A stretch of DNA of 64,000 nt from Candidatus Poseidoniaceae archaeon (GTDB lineage: Archaea; Thermoplasmatota; Poseidoniia; Poseidoniales; Poseidoniaceae): assembly GCA_965662895.1 (NCBI GenBank), contig CBFIJH010000007.1, positions 42,346-106,345 of the forward strand, read 5' to 3'. This document shows, piece after piece, positions 1 to 8,962 of this stretch. The notes beneath the pieces were generated by a model. The model did no database searches. It worked only from the letters and a program-made list of their open reading frames with translations, and was not told where the DNA came from. Position numbers and translations under genes: made by a program. Position 1 is the first letter of the stretch. The number at the start of each line of letters is the position of its first letter.

Positions 1-501
1 GGTGAAGGAAGCGATGTTGGCAACAGGGTTGTGAATCAACTGCTTGCGAGTATGGATGGCGTCGAATCCCTCGACGGTGTCATTGTTGTCGCTGCGACCA
101 ATCGTCCGGAAATGATCGACCCCGCTCTGCTAAGAAGCGGACGATTTGAACGTGTTCTTCACGTTCCTCCGCCCGATGCACCTGCTCGCGAGGCTATTTT
201 TGAGATTCATTCGAGTGGCATGCCGTTATCGAAGTTCTCCATCAAAGGTCTTCTTTCGAGTATGGAAGGTTTCACTGGAGCCGATATCGAGGCAGTTTGC
301 AGGGAAGCTGCGCTCATTGCCATGCGCGAGGGCAAGAAGCGTGTCGCAAAGAAACACTTCGATGAGGCTGTAACACGTGTACGACCAACCGTTACGCCAG
401 AGATGCTCGAATACTACCAGAAAATGGAGACACGGTTGACGTCTGGCTTGTCAAACATCAAGCGCACGCGTGACTACAGTTACGGCATGGAAACAATGTG
501 A
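1..501 (+). CDS. cdc48: CDC48/VCP family AAA+ ATPase, C-terminal part (5' truncated by window)
   Basis: Frame open from base 1. RVVNQLLASMDG, VVAATNRPEMIDPALLRSGRF (second region of homology) and GFTGADIEAVCREAA are typical of the D2 domain. Confidence 0.9.
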   Translation, partial: GEGSDVGNRVVNQLLASMDGVESLDGVIVVAATNRPEMIDPALLRSGRFERVLHVPPPDAPAREAIFEIHSSGMPLSKFSIKGLLSSMEGFTGADIEAVCREAALIAMREGKKRVAKKHFDEAVTRVRPTVTPEMLEYYQKMETRLTSGLSNIKRTRDYSYGMETM

Positions 502-553
502 GCACGGAAACGGTCAAGTTCTTCCTTTGCCTAGGATTTTCAAGGCGAGTCGA

Positions 554-796
554 ATGACATCCAGTTTCGGTCAGGAAATGCTTGGACGAACAGTCCAAGA
601 CAAGAAAGGTAAGGAGCTTGGAAAACTTACCGATCTTGTTGTTGATGTTTCAAACGGTGGAATTTCTGAACTTCTTGTCAAATGCTCAGAAAACATCGAT
701 ACGAGTCGTCTTCCATTTCAGATGAAAGACGGTGCAGTTGCAATTCCTTCCAACGAGGTGGCCTCGTTTGGGCACGTGATTTCGCTCAAAATCTGA
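554..796 (+). CDS. PRC-barrel domain protein
   Basis: 80 aa, EMLGRTVQDKKGKELGKLTDLVVDVSNGGISELLV matches the PRC-barrel pattern. Start moved to ATG 554. Confidence 0.8.
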   Translation: MTSSFGQEMLGRTVQDKKGKELGKLTDLVVDVSNGGISELLVKCSENIDTSRLPFQMKDGAVAIPSNEVASFGHVISLKI

Positions 797-882
797 TGAG
801 CATTTTCGCAACAGAGTTGGACAACCTTCTAAACCGATGTGAAACCGTGTGTGTATGAACGGTGTACTAGGGAGGTGTGGAG

Positions 883-2499
883 ATGGCGGCCGAACGTAAC
901 AGAAATTTCAGGCGAATTGGGCTTCAACTCGCATTCTGGGCCGTTCTTGGAATCCTCCTCTTTACCATTCTTCAAAATTTCATCAACATTAGTCAAACCA
1001 ATCAATTGTCAGCATACGATGACGATTGGAACGACATGTCTGCGTTTCGCGAAGATATCAATGCCATGGGAGTTGAAACAAAATCTCTGGTAAGCAGCCC
1101 GCTTCTATTGGCCGACATTGAAGATCCACGAAATACCACGTTTGTCATCGCAGGTGTTGAACGAGATACGCTTTCACTTCCACAATTCGATGAAGATGGA
1201 TTCATCACAATCGCCACTGAGGATGGTTATTCACCCTCAGAGGTTGATGCAATTGTTGAGTTTGTTGATAATGGTGGTACAGTCATTGTTCTGGAAGACT
1301 TTGGTTATGCTGGAAGCATCGGAGAAGCTTACGGTGTTCGCTATTCTGGATACCAGTTGTACGATACAAACTATGTCGCTGAATTGGATTATAACTACAT
1401 CTGGATGTGTGTGCAGGCAAGTCCCTGCGGTATGAACGGAACGGTACTTGACCCCACAACAATAGAAGAACACGAACGCTGGTCTTCTGAGGTTGGCGCT
1501 CATCCATGTTCCGAGCTTGACGGCCAATCCATGACCCTTGGGGAAGCAGGGGTCTGTTCGCACCACTGGGTTCGAAGCGCAGGTGAACTGGGACGTATTG
1601 AGTACAATGCAACCTACACAATGCTGCTCAACAACGTCACTGGTCTTGAAATCGTTCCTGGAGTCCGTGGCGCCCTCAATGATGTGAATATCCGTTCTGT
1701 AACAAGCAATCAGGCTACCGTTGACGTCAATGGCGATGGTGAACTTTGGGTGAGCAACGAACAAACAAGTGAAACACCTGATCTGTGGGGGCAATTCAAC
1801 CTCTCGATTGAAGCGTGCGCCTCCACAAATTGCGATCCGGATGAAGGGGGACGCGTCTTCTTTGTCGCAGATGGTAGCGCACTGATAAACGCAATCTACG
1901 ATTTTGAAGGATTCAATGCAGGAAAATACGGTGAAACAGGTAAACTCATTCCGGCAAACGACAACCGAAAGTGGGCCCTCGACGTTATCGCAGAATCCTT
2001 GATGAGCACGCTTGAAGGCGAAGAGGGCCAACCAGCAGAAAACGCCCTAGTGATATTTGACGAAAGCCGCCACCCACAGAACGCCTTACTTGCAGATTCT
2101 TACAACACGGTTTACTTCCTCTTGGTCTATTTCACCGGTGAAGGGCTTGCAATGCTTGCACTGTTTGTTGTTCTCTTTATCACGTTTGAAGCAGTTCTTC
2201 TCAAAAAGCGAGACCCGGAGCCATGGCGTCATGTTTTCAGCATCATCTATTACGGATTTGGGGATGCAAATCGTTACACCTATTATGCCAAAACGGAGAA
2301 AATACGGCAGGTATTTTTGTCAAAAGTTCGTAATCAAAACGGTTTGACCGTTGAAGAATTTCATGCCATGCCTGCCAAAGAACTCGTTGGCCTTATCCAA
2401 GATCCAGTGTTGGCGAAGTTTGCCATCGAACCTGGAAAATATTCGTTGGAACAATCGGTTGCACTCGTGAAACGAATCAAAGCATGGGGGCGAAGGTGA
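883..2499 (+). CDS. DUF4350-like membrane-anchored protein
   Basis: GGAGGTG RBS at 871-877. N-terminal TM, WNDMSAFRE, GGTVIVLEDFG, GRVFFVADGSALIN, VIFDESRH, second TM near C-terminus. Confidence 0.7.
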   Translation: MAAERNRNFRRIGLQLAFWAVLGILLFTILQNFINISQTNQLSAYDDDWNDMSAFREDINAMGVETKSLVSSPLLLADIEDPRNTTFVIAGVERDTLSLPQFDEDGFITIATEDGYSPSEVDAIVEFVDNGGTVIVLEDFGYAGSIGEAYGVRYSGYQLYDTNYVAELDYNYIWMCVQASPCGMNGTVLDPTTIEEHERWSSEVGAHPCSELDGQSMTLGEAGVCSHHWVRSAGELGRIEYNATYTMLLNNVTGLEIVPGVRGALNDVNIRSVTSNQATVDVNGDGELWVSNEQTSETPDLWGQFNLSIEACASTNCDPDEGGRVFFVADGSALINAIYDFEGFNAGKYGETGKLIPANDNRKWALDVIAESLMSTLEGEEGQPAENALVIFDESRHPQNALLADSYNTVYFLLVYFTGEGLAMLALFVVLFITFEAVLLKKRDPEPWRHVFSIIYYGFGDANRYTYYAKTEKIRQVFLSKVRNQNGLTVEEFHAMPAKELVGLIQDPVLAKFAIEPGKYSLEQSVALVKRIKAWGRR

Positions 2500-2504
2500 G
2501 TCAC

Positions 2505-3758
2505 ATGTGGACGCGAAAAGCATCGTTTACTTTTACTGGTGGTATTGCACTCATTCTCATTGGGATGATGATTTCCAACAACCAAATGATGATTCTTGGT
2601 TTAACACTCATCACCTTCATTGTCGTAAATTCATGGGTTTCCGGCCATGGCGATATCGAAGTACAACGCACACTTTCTGCAGATAACTTGTACAAAGGTG
2701 ATGATTTGTACGTTGAGTTGCTTGTCACCAACCGATCGAATCGCCGAACCCAACTCTTGGATGTTTACGACAACATTCCTCACGAAATGAAGTTGCGTAG
2801 TGGATTGAATCAAATGCGGCTCAATTTGCGTCCCGGAGAGAGTGCTCGAATCCGATACGTGTTGCGTTGTCCACTTCGTGGACATTACTCGATTGGTCCT
2901 GTTTCTCTTCGAGTTCGCAACACCTTCAATCTCGGAGTTGAGGACATGTACGTTGACCATCATTCCGATATCGTCATCTTCCCTCAAATCAAAGAAGTCG
3001 AGGAAGCGTTCCTTCGCTCACGTACACCTAAAATGTACACTGGAGCAACAACGCTTCGAACACCAGGACAAGGGTCAGAATTTTATTCGCTGAGAGAATA
3101 CGTACCTGGTGATCCGTTCAAAAACATCAACTGGAAGGCCTTTGCTCGAACTGGTGACTTAATGGTCAATGAAAAATGTCGAGATGCGGTAACTGATCTT
3201 TACATCCTTCTTGATTCCAGAGACGTTGCCCGCATCGGAACCGTTCTCAAGAATCCACTCGAGATGGGAACGGTAAGCGCTGCAAGTCTTGCAGCATTTT
3301 TCCTCAAGCGACGAGATAGCGTCGCTCTCGGAATCTATGGCGACGGTCTCGCTTATTTGCCACCCGATACCGGTGACAAGCAGTATTTCAAAATCCTAAG
3401 TTCACTTGCTGGCGTAAAGCCAGAGGGAAGTATGCCACTGCAAGCCGTTACCAATTCGCTCAGTGGACGTTTCAGCCGAGGTAGTCCGGTGTTTGTTATT
3501 TCATCCTGTGAAGGGGATGGAACGGTTCCTGCAGCAGTACGTGATCTTGTTGGTCGAGGTCATGAAGTAACTGTCCTATCGCCATCAAGCATTGATTTTG
3601 AACGACTTGTTTCTCGGATACCGCGTATGTCCTACGAAGTCCTGAAGTTGGAACGACAAAACCGTTTGACGACGCTTGCAGGTTCTGGAGCGCAGGTCAT
3701 TGATTGGATGCCAGATATGGATCTATCACAAGCGATTATGCAGGTAAGGGGGTATTAG
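2505..3758 (+). CDS. DUF58 domain protein (MoxR-associated, VWA-like)
   Basis: CPLRGHYSIGP, GQGSEFYSLREYVPGDPFKNINWKAFAR, ILLDSR, RRDSVAL. AGGTGA RBS before ATG 2505. Confidence 0.9.
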   Translation: MWTRKASFTFTGGIALILIGMMISNNQMMILGLTLITFIVVNSWVSGHGDIEVQRTLSADNLYKGDDLYVELLVTNRSNRRTQLLDVYDNIPHEMKLRSGLNQMRLNLRPGESARIRYVLRCPLRGHYSIGPVSLRVRNTFNLGVEDMYVDHHSDIVIFPQIKEVEEAFLRSRTPKMYTGATTLRTPGQGSEFYSLREYVPGDPFKNINWKAFARTGDLMVNEKCRDAVTDLYILLDSRDVARIGTVLKNPLEMGTVSAASLAAFFLKRRDSVALGIYGDGLAYLPPDTGDKQYFKILSSLAGVKPEGSMPLQAVTNSLSGRFSRGSPVFVISSCEGDGTVPAAVRDLVGRGHEVTVLSPSSIDFERLVSRIPRMSYEVLKLERQNRLTTLAGSGAQVIDWMPDMDLSQAIMQVRGY

Positions 3759-4961
3759 ATGGCTGGTGAAGTTGATCCACAAAGCGATGTTTCCCTCATG
3801 GGAGGACGCACCCGAACTCTGCACCTCAAAACATTGCGCAAGCAATGGCAAATCATCACGCTCCAAGTCGTCTCAACGATTGCACTGGTCTGGATGTATT
3901 TGGAAGTCGTCTCCACCTATGTTGTTGGAAGTATTGACCACACCATGTTGTTTGAATCATTGGAAACAGCCGTCGGTGAGGTGCCAATTGGAGATTGGTT
4001 AATCGGTTCAGGCCGCACGGGACTCGCTCGATTCTATGTTCCTATCGTGTTGGGACTTGGACTTGGTGGTTCAATGGCGCTTCTTGCTTTCCAATCACCA
4101 CGCGTTCAACAACGAATCAAACTTGGATTTATCGTTACACTCATGCTTCTCCTGATTGGACGACTCGTCCTTACGTGGATTCCTTCAATGCTCTTTTCAT
4201 TGGACCTACGTGCACCGACAGAGAGCGAACTGAAGACTCTTGAATGGCCGCTTTTGATGATTCTTTCATTGATGATTTTGTTCATCTATCTGTTGCCCGT
4301 CATCATGGGAACCCGTGGAATTTGGGGCCTCTCACGCCGCTCCATCGGATGGGCGATTGGATTCACCTTGCTCTTCTTGGGTATCCATGCTATCCTGACC
4401 TTCCCTCTCATCAAATCACAACTCGGAGATTGGGGCTCGAATTTGATATCGTTGGAATCACAAGTGAGTGATCCGACCGTCGGCCTTTTTGGATTCGACT
4501 TAGTGACTCCTGAACAATTTTCACTCATCTTGATTGCAGTGCTGATTATGGTGTTTCAAGAATCAGGATTCGGTGTCATCCGCTATCTCGAGTACGCGTA
4601 TCGCCTTCCAGAGTCTTGCAAGAGAGATCCTGAATACGTACGACAAATGGACAACGTCCTCAACGGTCATCTCCGTCACACAGCTGGTTTTCTAACCATC
4701 ACAGGCATCGTGACGACGGTTGCACTCGGCTTCCATAGTGTCCTTCTCGAGGTGGTTCGAACCTCAACAGGCAGTCAATGGGCGGCGCAAGTATCCGAGT
4801 CGATTGAACTGTCGTTGACGTATGGGTTGGTCATTTCTGCACTTCTTTTCCTCAGTCTTATTGCTCTACTGAGGTTCTTTGTTCCTTGGCAGAGGGTATG
4901 GGGTCTTATCGAATCCTTTAGCAACAATGCACCCGAACCTGTGAAAGAAAAAGAATTCTAA
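3759..4961 (+). CDS. Multi-pass membrane protein, unknown function
   Basis: 400 aa with about 8 hydrophobic segments. ATG directly follows the DUF58 stop codon. Confidence 0.75.
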   Translation: MAGEVDPQSDVSLMGGRTRTLHLKTLRKQWQIITLQVVSTIALVWMYLEVVSTYVVGSIDHTMLFESLETAVGEVPIGDWLIGSGRTGLARFYVPIVLGLGLGGSMALLAFQSPRVQQRIKLGFIVTLMLLLIGRLVLTWIPSMLFSLDLRAPTESELKTLEWPLLMILSLMILFIYLLPVIMGTRGIWGLSRRSIGWAIGFTLLFLGIHAILTFPLIKSQLGDWGSNLISLESQVSDPTVGLFGFDLVTPEQFSLILIAVLIMVFQESGFGVIRYLEYAYRLPESCKRDPEYVRQMDNVLNGHLRHTAGFLTITGIVTTVALGFHSVLLEVVRTSTGSQWAAQVSESIELSLTYGLVISALLFLSLIALLRFFVPWQRVWGLIESFSNNAPEPVKEKEF

Positions 4962-5198
4962 TCACGCTCGTGTTCGAATCGACTGAATCGTTCTTCCGAA
5001 CAACTCGTTGAGAATCAACATACTCAATACGAGTCCAATTGACGAAAGCCATTGATACAATGTTGAATCGATGTTTGACCAAGCATACTGATTGAGAAAA
5101 ACAAATCCTATGATGGACAAAAGGAAGACCAACTTTTCAAGAAAAATTGGGTAAGAGGAACCTTTCGATTCATTGCGCATGAGAAGTGTTTCAACCAT
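4962..5198 (-). CDS. Small two-TM membrane protein
   Basis: 78 aa, two hydrophobic helices. GAGGTGG RBS overlaps the upstream gene's stop. Confidence 0.65.
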   Translation of the reverse strand: MVETLLMRNESKGSSYPIFLEKLVFLLSIIGFVFLNQYAWSNIDSTLYQWLSSIGLVLSMLILNELFGRTIQSIRTRA

Positions 5199-5207
5199 GC
5201 TTCCACC

Positions 5208-8200
5208 TCAGAAATCCAATTCAGAAAGTTGGTCATGCAAGGCTTCGAGTCGGGGGTCTGGTTTTGCTTCTTCTGCGTCAGGCACCCGTAATTGACGTTC
5301 CGCATCCAATCGAGCCAACTCGGCTTCAAGGTCGGCACGATCTTCTTGCATTGGCGTGGCTTCGACTTGTTCGCCTTCTGTTTCAAGAGGTTCTGAATCA
5401 GAGGGTGCTGGCATCGCTTCCCATTCCTCAGAAAGTTCTGAAACAGTTGGTTCTGAATCCAGCGACACGCTTTCCTCGACCACCAAGGTAGGTTGAATGG
5501 TTTCCATCATATCATCCATGACTGGGGTCCGTTGACCGACGGGTATTGAAGTGCGTTCAAACGGTAAGAAACCGTCTCGTTGGAAATCCCACATCGCTCC
5601 ACGTGGTATTCCCCGAGTTAATCCAGAGGCATCGATTTGCGTCAACAGTTCTTCAAGAACCTGTGCTGTCTGTTCAAGCGCAATTGCTTCGCCAGCATCG
5701 CGTTGGTCAGCTTCGAGATAAATGTCATCGAGTGCAACACGTATGAGTCGTCGCGTTTCAACAGCAACACTTGGTAACGCTTCAGGTCGCATGCAATTCA
5801 TTCGAAGCGCCTCGATTTCTTCAGGTGGAGCACCAAGGTCTCCAAGTTGATCAAGGACGTTTCGCATGCGTCGCAACATGGTAATTGAACGATCATAATC
5901 TTCCAGGATTCCCTCCAAATCGAGAATCAGGTGACCAACGGTCTCACCGAGTTGGTTTTCCAGTCGCTGTTGTACCGACCATCGTGCCAATCCTCGAACT
6001 GCGCCTGCAGTCTGTGGAACTTGGCGTTCGAGCAACGTCATCACCTCACTGCTGAGCAAATGACGAGGTGTAGCAGCAATATGGTCGACTGTGGACTGAA
6101 CGACCTGTAGGGCTCGTTCAACAGCACGATCGAGAAGGACAACCGAATAACCAAGCGTACGTGCATGTTCAAGACGCTCAAGTACGGGTCCCAAACCTCG
6201 GAAGGTCGCATCATCATTGAGCAATGCTTGAGCAAGAGGCTCTTCTGACAATCTTGCACGCAGACGTTCCGCTTCGGCAATGTCTGAAACGGCTTCTTCA
6301 TGCGCTTCAGTGAGAGCCTCAGCGCGAGCGATGAGCCCAGAAAGTTCAGTTTCTGCATTGCCTCGGCGAGCTCCAAGATTGCCAAGTTCGGTAAGCAACT
6401 CTTTCCGCTCACCCATTAACTCCCGCAGTTCAGCATGGAGTTGCATTCGCCGTGCCTCATCTTCTGCGAGACGTTGACGTTCTTCCTCAGCCCGTTGACG
6501 ACTTGACAAGGTTTCTGCTTCAATTTGGTCCAACCGTGCCTGTGCAGTTCGGATCTTTTCTTCTGAAGCATTGCTCTTTGATTGGGCGCTTGCTTGTCGT
6601 TCCCTCAGGGTTGCAACTTGTTCCTCAAGTGTTCGCAATCGTCGTTCCTCAAGCTCGATTTGTTCTCGAATTGACGACAACTGTTGTGCGTTGGACTCTA
6701 AGTCTGCACGAGTTGTTGCTTCCTGATTTGACAGCGCTTCAAGTTCATCTCGAAGTGCAGCACTGCTTTGCGTATCTCCAAGCGCCTTTGCTAATTCTGT
6801 TGCACGCTCACTGAGTTGGTGCTCCAGTTCACTCACCCTACGTAGCAAACGATCAGCACGTGCTTCAGCTTGCTCCATCCGTGTTCTTGATTCAGAAACC
6901 GTCACTTGTACTCGGTTGAGTTCGTCGTTTTTCGACTGAATGGCAACGGTTTGGTCTCCAGAAGACTGTTTGACTTCCTCGAGCCGAACCATTGCTTCAG
7001 TTCGCTCTTTTTCAGCATCCTGAAGTTGAGTGGTTAAGCTCGCATTTGCGCGCATTAATGAGTCAGCTCGACGCTCGGATTCCTCCAGCCTTCGTCGTAA
7101 TCCTGAATCAACCGCTGCAAGCGGAGCAGAGTTTGGTAGCGGTTGAGATGTTTCTTGCCCACCGACATGAATGCGTAGTTTTGCTCGAACGGCTCGAACA
7201 TCATCAAGACCAATTTCAAAACCATACATGCTCATCAATCGATGCATCATAGAAGTTCTGCGCTTTTCGGAACGAGTACGTACAGTGGACAGTTGTTCTA
7301 CAAATTGTTTGAGTGTAAATTCGGAAACATCACCGGTTGAAGCGGAAATCATCGTCCCAGAGGCCAGTCGATGCAACTTCAACACACGCTTGCTTTCCGT
7401 CAATCCAAGCATTGCTTCCTCGAACGATTGTCCGTTCGCTGCCAGTGCTACTGGAAGACCGTTGTTCAATGCAAGTGAGACCGCCTTGTCGCTGACACCT
7501 GCTTTGAGATGACCAGTAACTCGATCTTCAAGTGCTGCAGAAAGCATAGACATGACGGCATCTGAGCCGCCCTTTCCCTCTCGAAGAATGAAACCGTCAG
7601 GCAGTGATGCTTCACCCTCGGCATATGTTCCTATTTCTCCATCAAGTTTGGCGGCTACATCGGACAACAAGCGTGCATGATTCGCATCAAGCTCCGTCCA
7701 TATCGCTAACACGATGGTGCTGCTTGAGGCGATAAGTAAAGACGCATCTCCCATATTCAACGATGCGTAACCTTGACCATCTCCTCCGAGCGTCTCATGC
7801 TGTGCATTCATTGCATCCGAGAGCGAGGCAACAGTTGCAGCGAGGTCTTCAGCAGATCCTGGTAACTCACCCATGCTATCGATGACAATTCCTTGATCAG
7901 CGGCGAGACCTCCACGTACGTGCTCGTAATCAGAGAGCGCTTGAAGAACTGCAGATAAGTTTCGGGCGAAGAGGCGATCTGTCAATGCGCCTCCAGAACC
8001 GAGTCCCTGTGCATCTGCTTGGAACTCAAAGGCTTCTGGTAGAAGTTTTGCAAGCTCAGCCAAGCCATGCATTGAGCATGTTGAGGCAACCAAACGATGT
8101 TGGTTTTTCTCAGCCTCTTCAAGCGCTTCTCGAGCGTCAGCGCCGCCGAGTAGTTTGGTTGCGCTCGTCCCTTCACAAATCCAACCAACAATCCTTCCAG

Positions 8201-8339
8201 CACGAACCAATCGGTGTCCGAAGGGGGTTTTTCGTCGGCCAACCCATGTTGTGATGTACCCATGTTCAAAAGGCTGGAGTCCTCCAGATGCAACATCCAC
8301 TTCATCGTCGAATCGCTCAATATGTGGTAAATCAAACAT
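5208..8339 (-). CDS. Large protein with PATAN/DUF2226-like and Roadblock/LC7-like N-terminal domains and a long coiled coil
   Basis: 1043 aa. Roadblock-like segment GLAADQGIVIDSM...AEDLAATVASL...VLAIWTELDANHARL. E/R/A/L heptad region about aa 410-700. Acidic tail. No Walker A motif. GAGGAG RBS. Confidence 0.7.
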   Translation of the reverse strand: MFDLPHIERFDDEVDVASGGLQPFEHGYITTWVGRRKTPFGHRLVRAGRIVGWICEGTSATKLLGGADAREALEEAEKNQHRLVASTCSMHGLAELAKLLPEAFEFQADAQGLGSGGALTDRLFARNLSAVLQALSDYEHVRGGLAADQGIVIDSMGELPGSAEDLAATVASLSDAMNAQHETLGGDGQGYASLNMGDASLLIASSSTIVLAIWTELDANHARLLSDVAAKLDGEIGTYAEGEASLPDGFILREGKGGSDAVMSMLSAALEDRVTGHLKAGVSDKAVSLALNNGLPVALAANGQSFEEAMLGLTESKRVLKLHRLASGTMISASTGDVSEFTLKQFVEQLSTVRTRSEKRRTSMMHRLMSMYGFEIGLDDVRAVRAKLRIHVGGQETSQPLPNSAPLAAVDSGLRRRLEESERRADSLMRANASLTTQLQDAEKERTEAMVRLEEVKQSSGDQTVAIQSKNDELNRVQVTVSESRTRMEQAEARADRLLRRVSELEHQLSERATELAKALGDTQSSAALRDELEALSNQEATTRADLESNAQQLSSIREQIELEERRLRTLEEQVATLRERQASAQSKSNASEEKIRTAQARLDQIEAETLSSRQRAEEERQRLAEDEARRMQLHAELRELMGERKELLTELGNLGARRGNAETELSGLIARAEALTEAHEEAVSDIAEAERLRARLSEEPLAQALLNDDATFRGLGPVLERLEHARTLGYSVVLLDRAVERALQVVQSTVDHIAATPRHLLSSEVMTLLERQVPQTAGAVRGLARWSVQQRLENQLGETVGHLILDLEGILEDYDRSITMLRRMRNVLDQLGDLGAPPEEIEALRMNCMRPEALPSVAVETRRLIRVALDDIYLEADQRDAGEAIALEQTAQVLEELLTQIDASGLTRGIPRGAMWDFQRDGFLPFERTSIPVGQRTPVMDDMMETIQPTLVVEESVSLDSEPTVSELSEEWEAMPAPSDSEPLETEGEQVEATPMQEDRADLEAELARLDAERQLRVPDAEEAKPDPRLEALHDQLSELDF

Positions 8340-8680
8340 TATATCTCCTCATTTTGTTTTGAATTCCAATCGTTACGCAGCCGTTCAAGTTCGTAACGCC
8401 AGGTGCCCATTTTCCCATCTTTGCCAGAGAGGTGGACGAAAACATCGTAGTCAAACCGATCAAAAAGGGTCAATCGTCGCCCTTCACTCCAAACTTCAAA
8501 CAGCGTGCCGAGTTTGAGTTCTTCTGCAACTGCACAACATTCTGCCCATTCGCGTCGTTGTTCCCCAGCAGTCTCGGGCCATTTCTTCGTGGTCTGAACA
8601 ACACCGCCAAACTGATCCATCACGCGGACGTGATTCACACCATTGAGTTCGCAAAGTTGAGAAAACAACGTCTCCAACAT
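8339..8680 (-). CDS. Roadblock/LC7 (MglB)-like protein
   Basis: 113 aa, LETLFSQLCELNGVNHVRVMDQFGGVV...AEELKLGTL...GKMGTWRYELERL fits the Roadblock helix/strand pattern. TAATG stop/start overlap with the downstream gene. Alternative start 8713. Confidence 0.65.
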   Translation of the reverse strand: MLETLFSQLCELNGVNHVRVMDQFGGVVQTTKKWPETAGEQRREWAECCAVAEELKLGTLFEVWSEGRRLTLFDRFDYDVFVHLSGKDGKMGTWRYELERLRNDWNSKQNEEI

Positions 8681-8713
8681 CTTAGCCCAAACCTCTTCAC
8701 AGCAACGTACCAT

Positions 8714-8962
8714 TCAAGAACTTTGCCGAAACTCTTCCCCCGTAGGGGGATTTGGTGATGAAAATCAAATTTCCAACTGCAAAATTTCAATCATTGCTGC
8801 GCGGAGGCGTTAGCACCGTAGATTTTCCGCGCATTACTGGCATCGAGAAAGCCCTTACGTAAATAAAAAATCCAATTAAAAAATTTAAAATCTAATTGCA
8901 ATTTTGAAATACAATCAAAACCCAATCGGAGGCGTTTAATGGAGGTGTTGTAACCCTCGACC
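8714..8962. promoter_or_regulatory. Divergent intergenic region with a very AT-rich core and flanking repeats
   Basis: A/T-rich tract 8861-8920. CGGAGGCGTT at 8802-8811 and 8927-8936. Inverted repeats 8736-8750 and 8798-8833. Confidence 0.5.

Noticed and set aside
1237-2031. 264-aa antisense ORF within the DUF4350-like gene
   Set aside because: Shadow ORF with no RBS or motif support.
5208-8339. Annotation as SMC/Rad50
   Set aside because: No Walker A/B, ABC signature, hinge or zinc hook. Only the coiled coil is shared.
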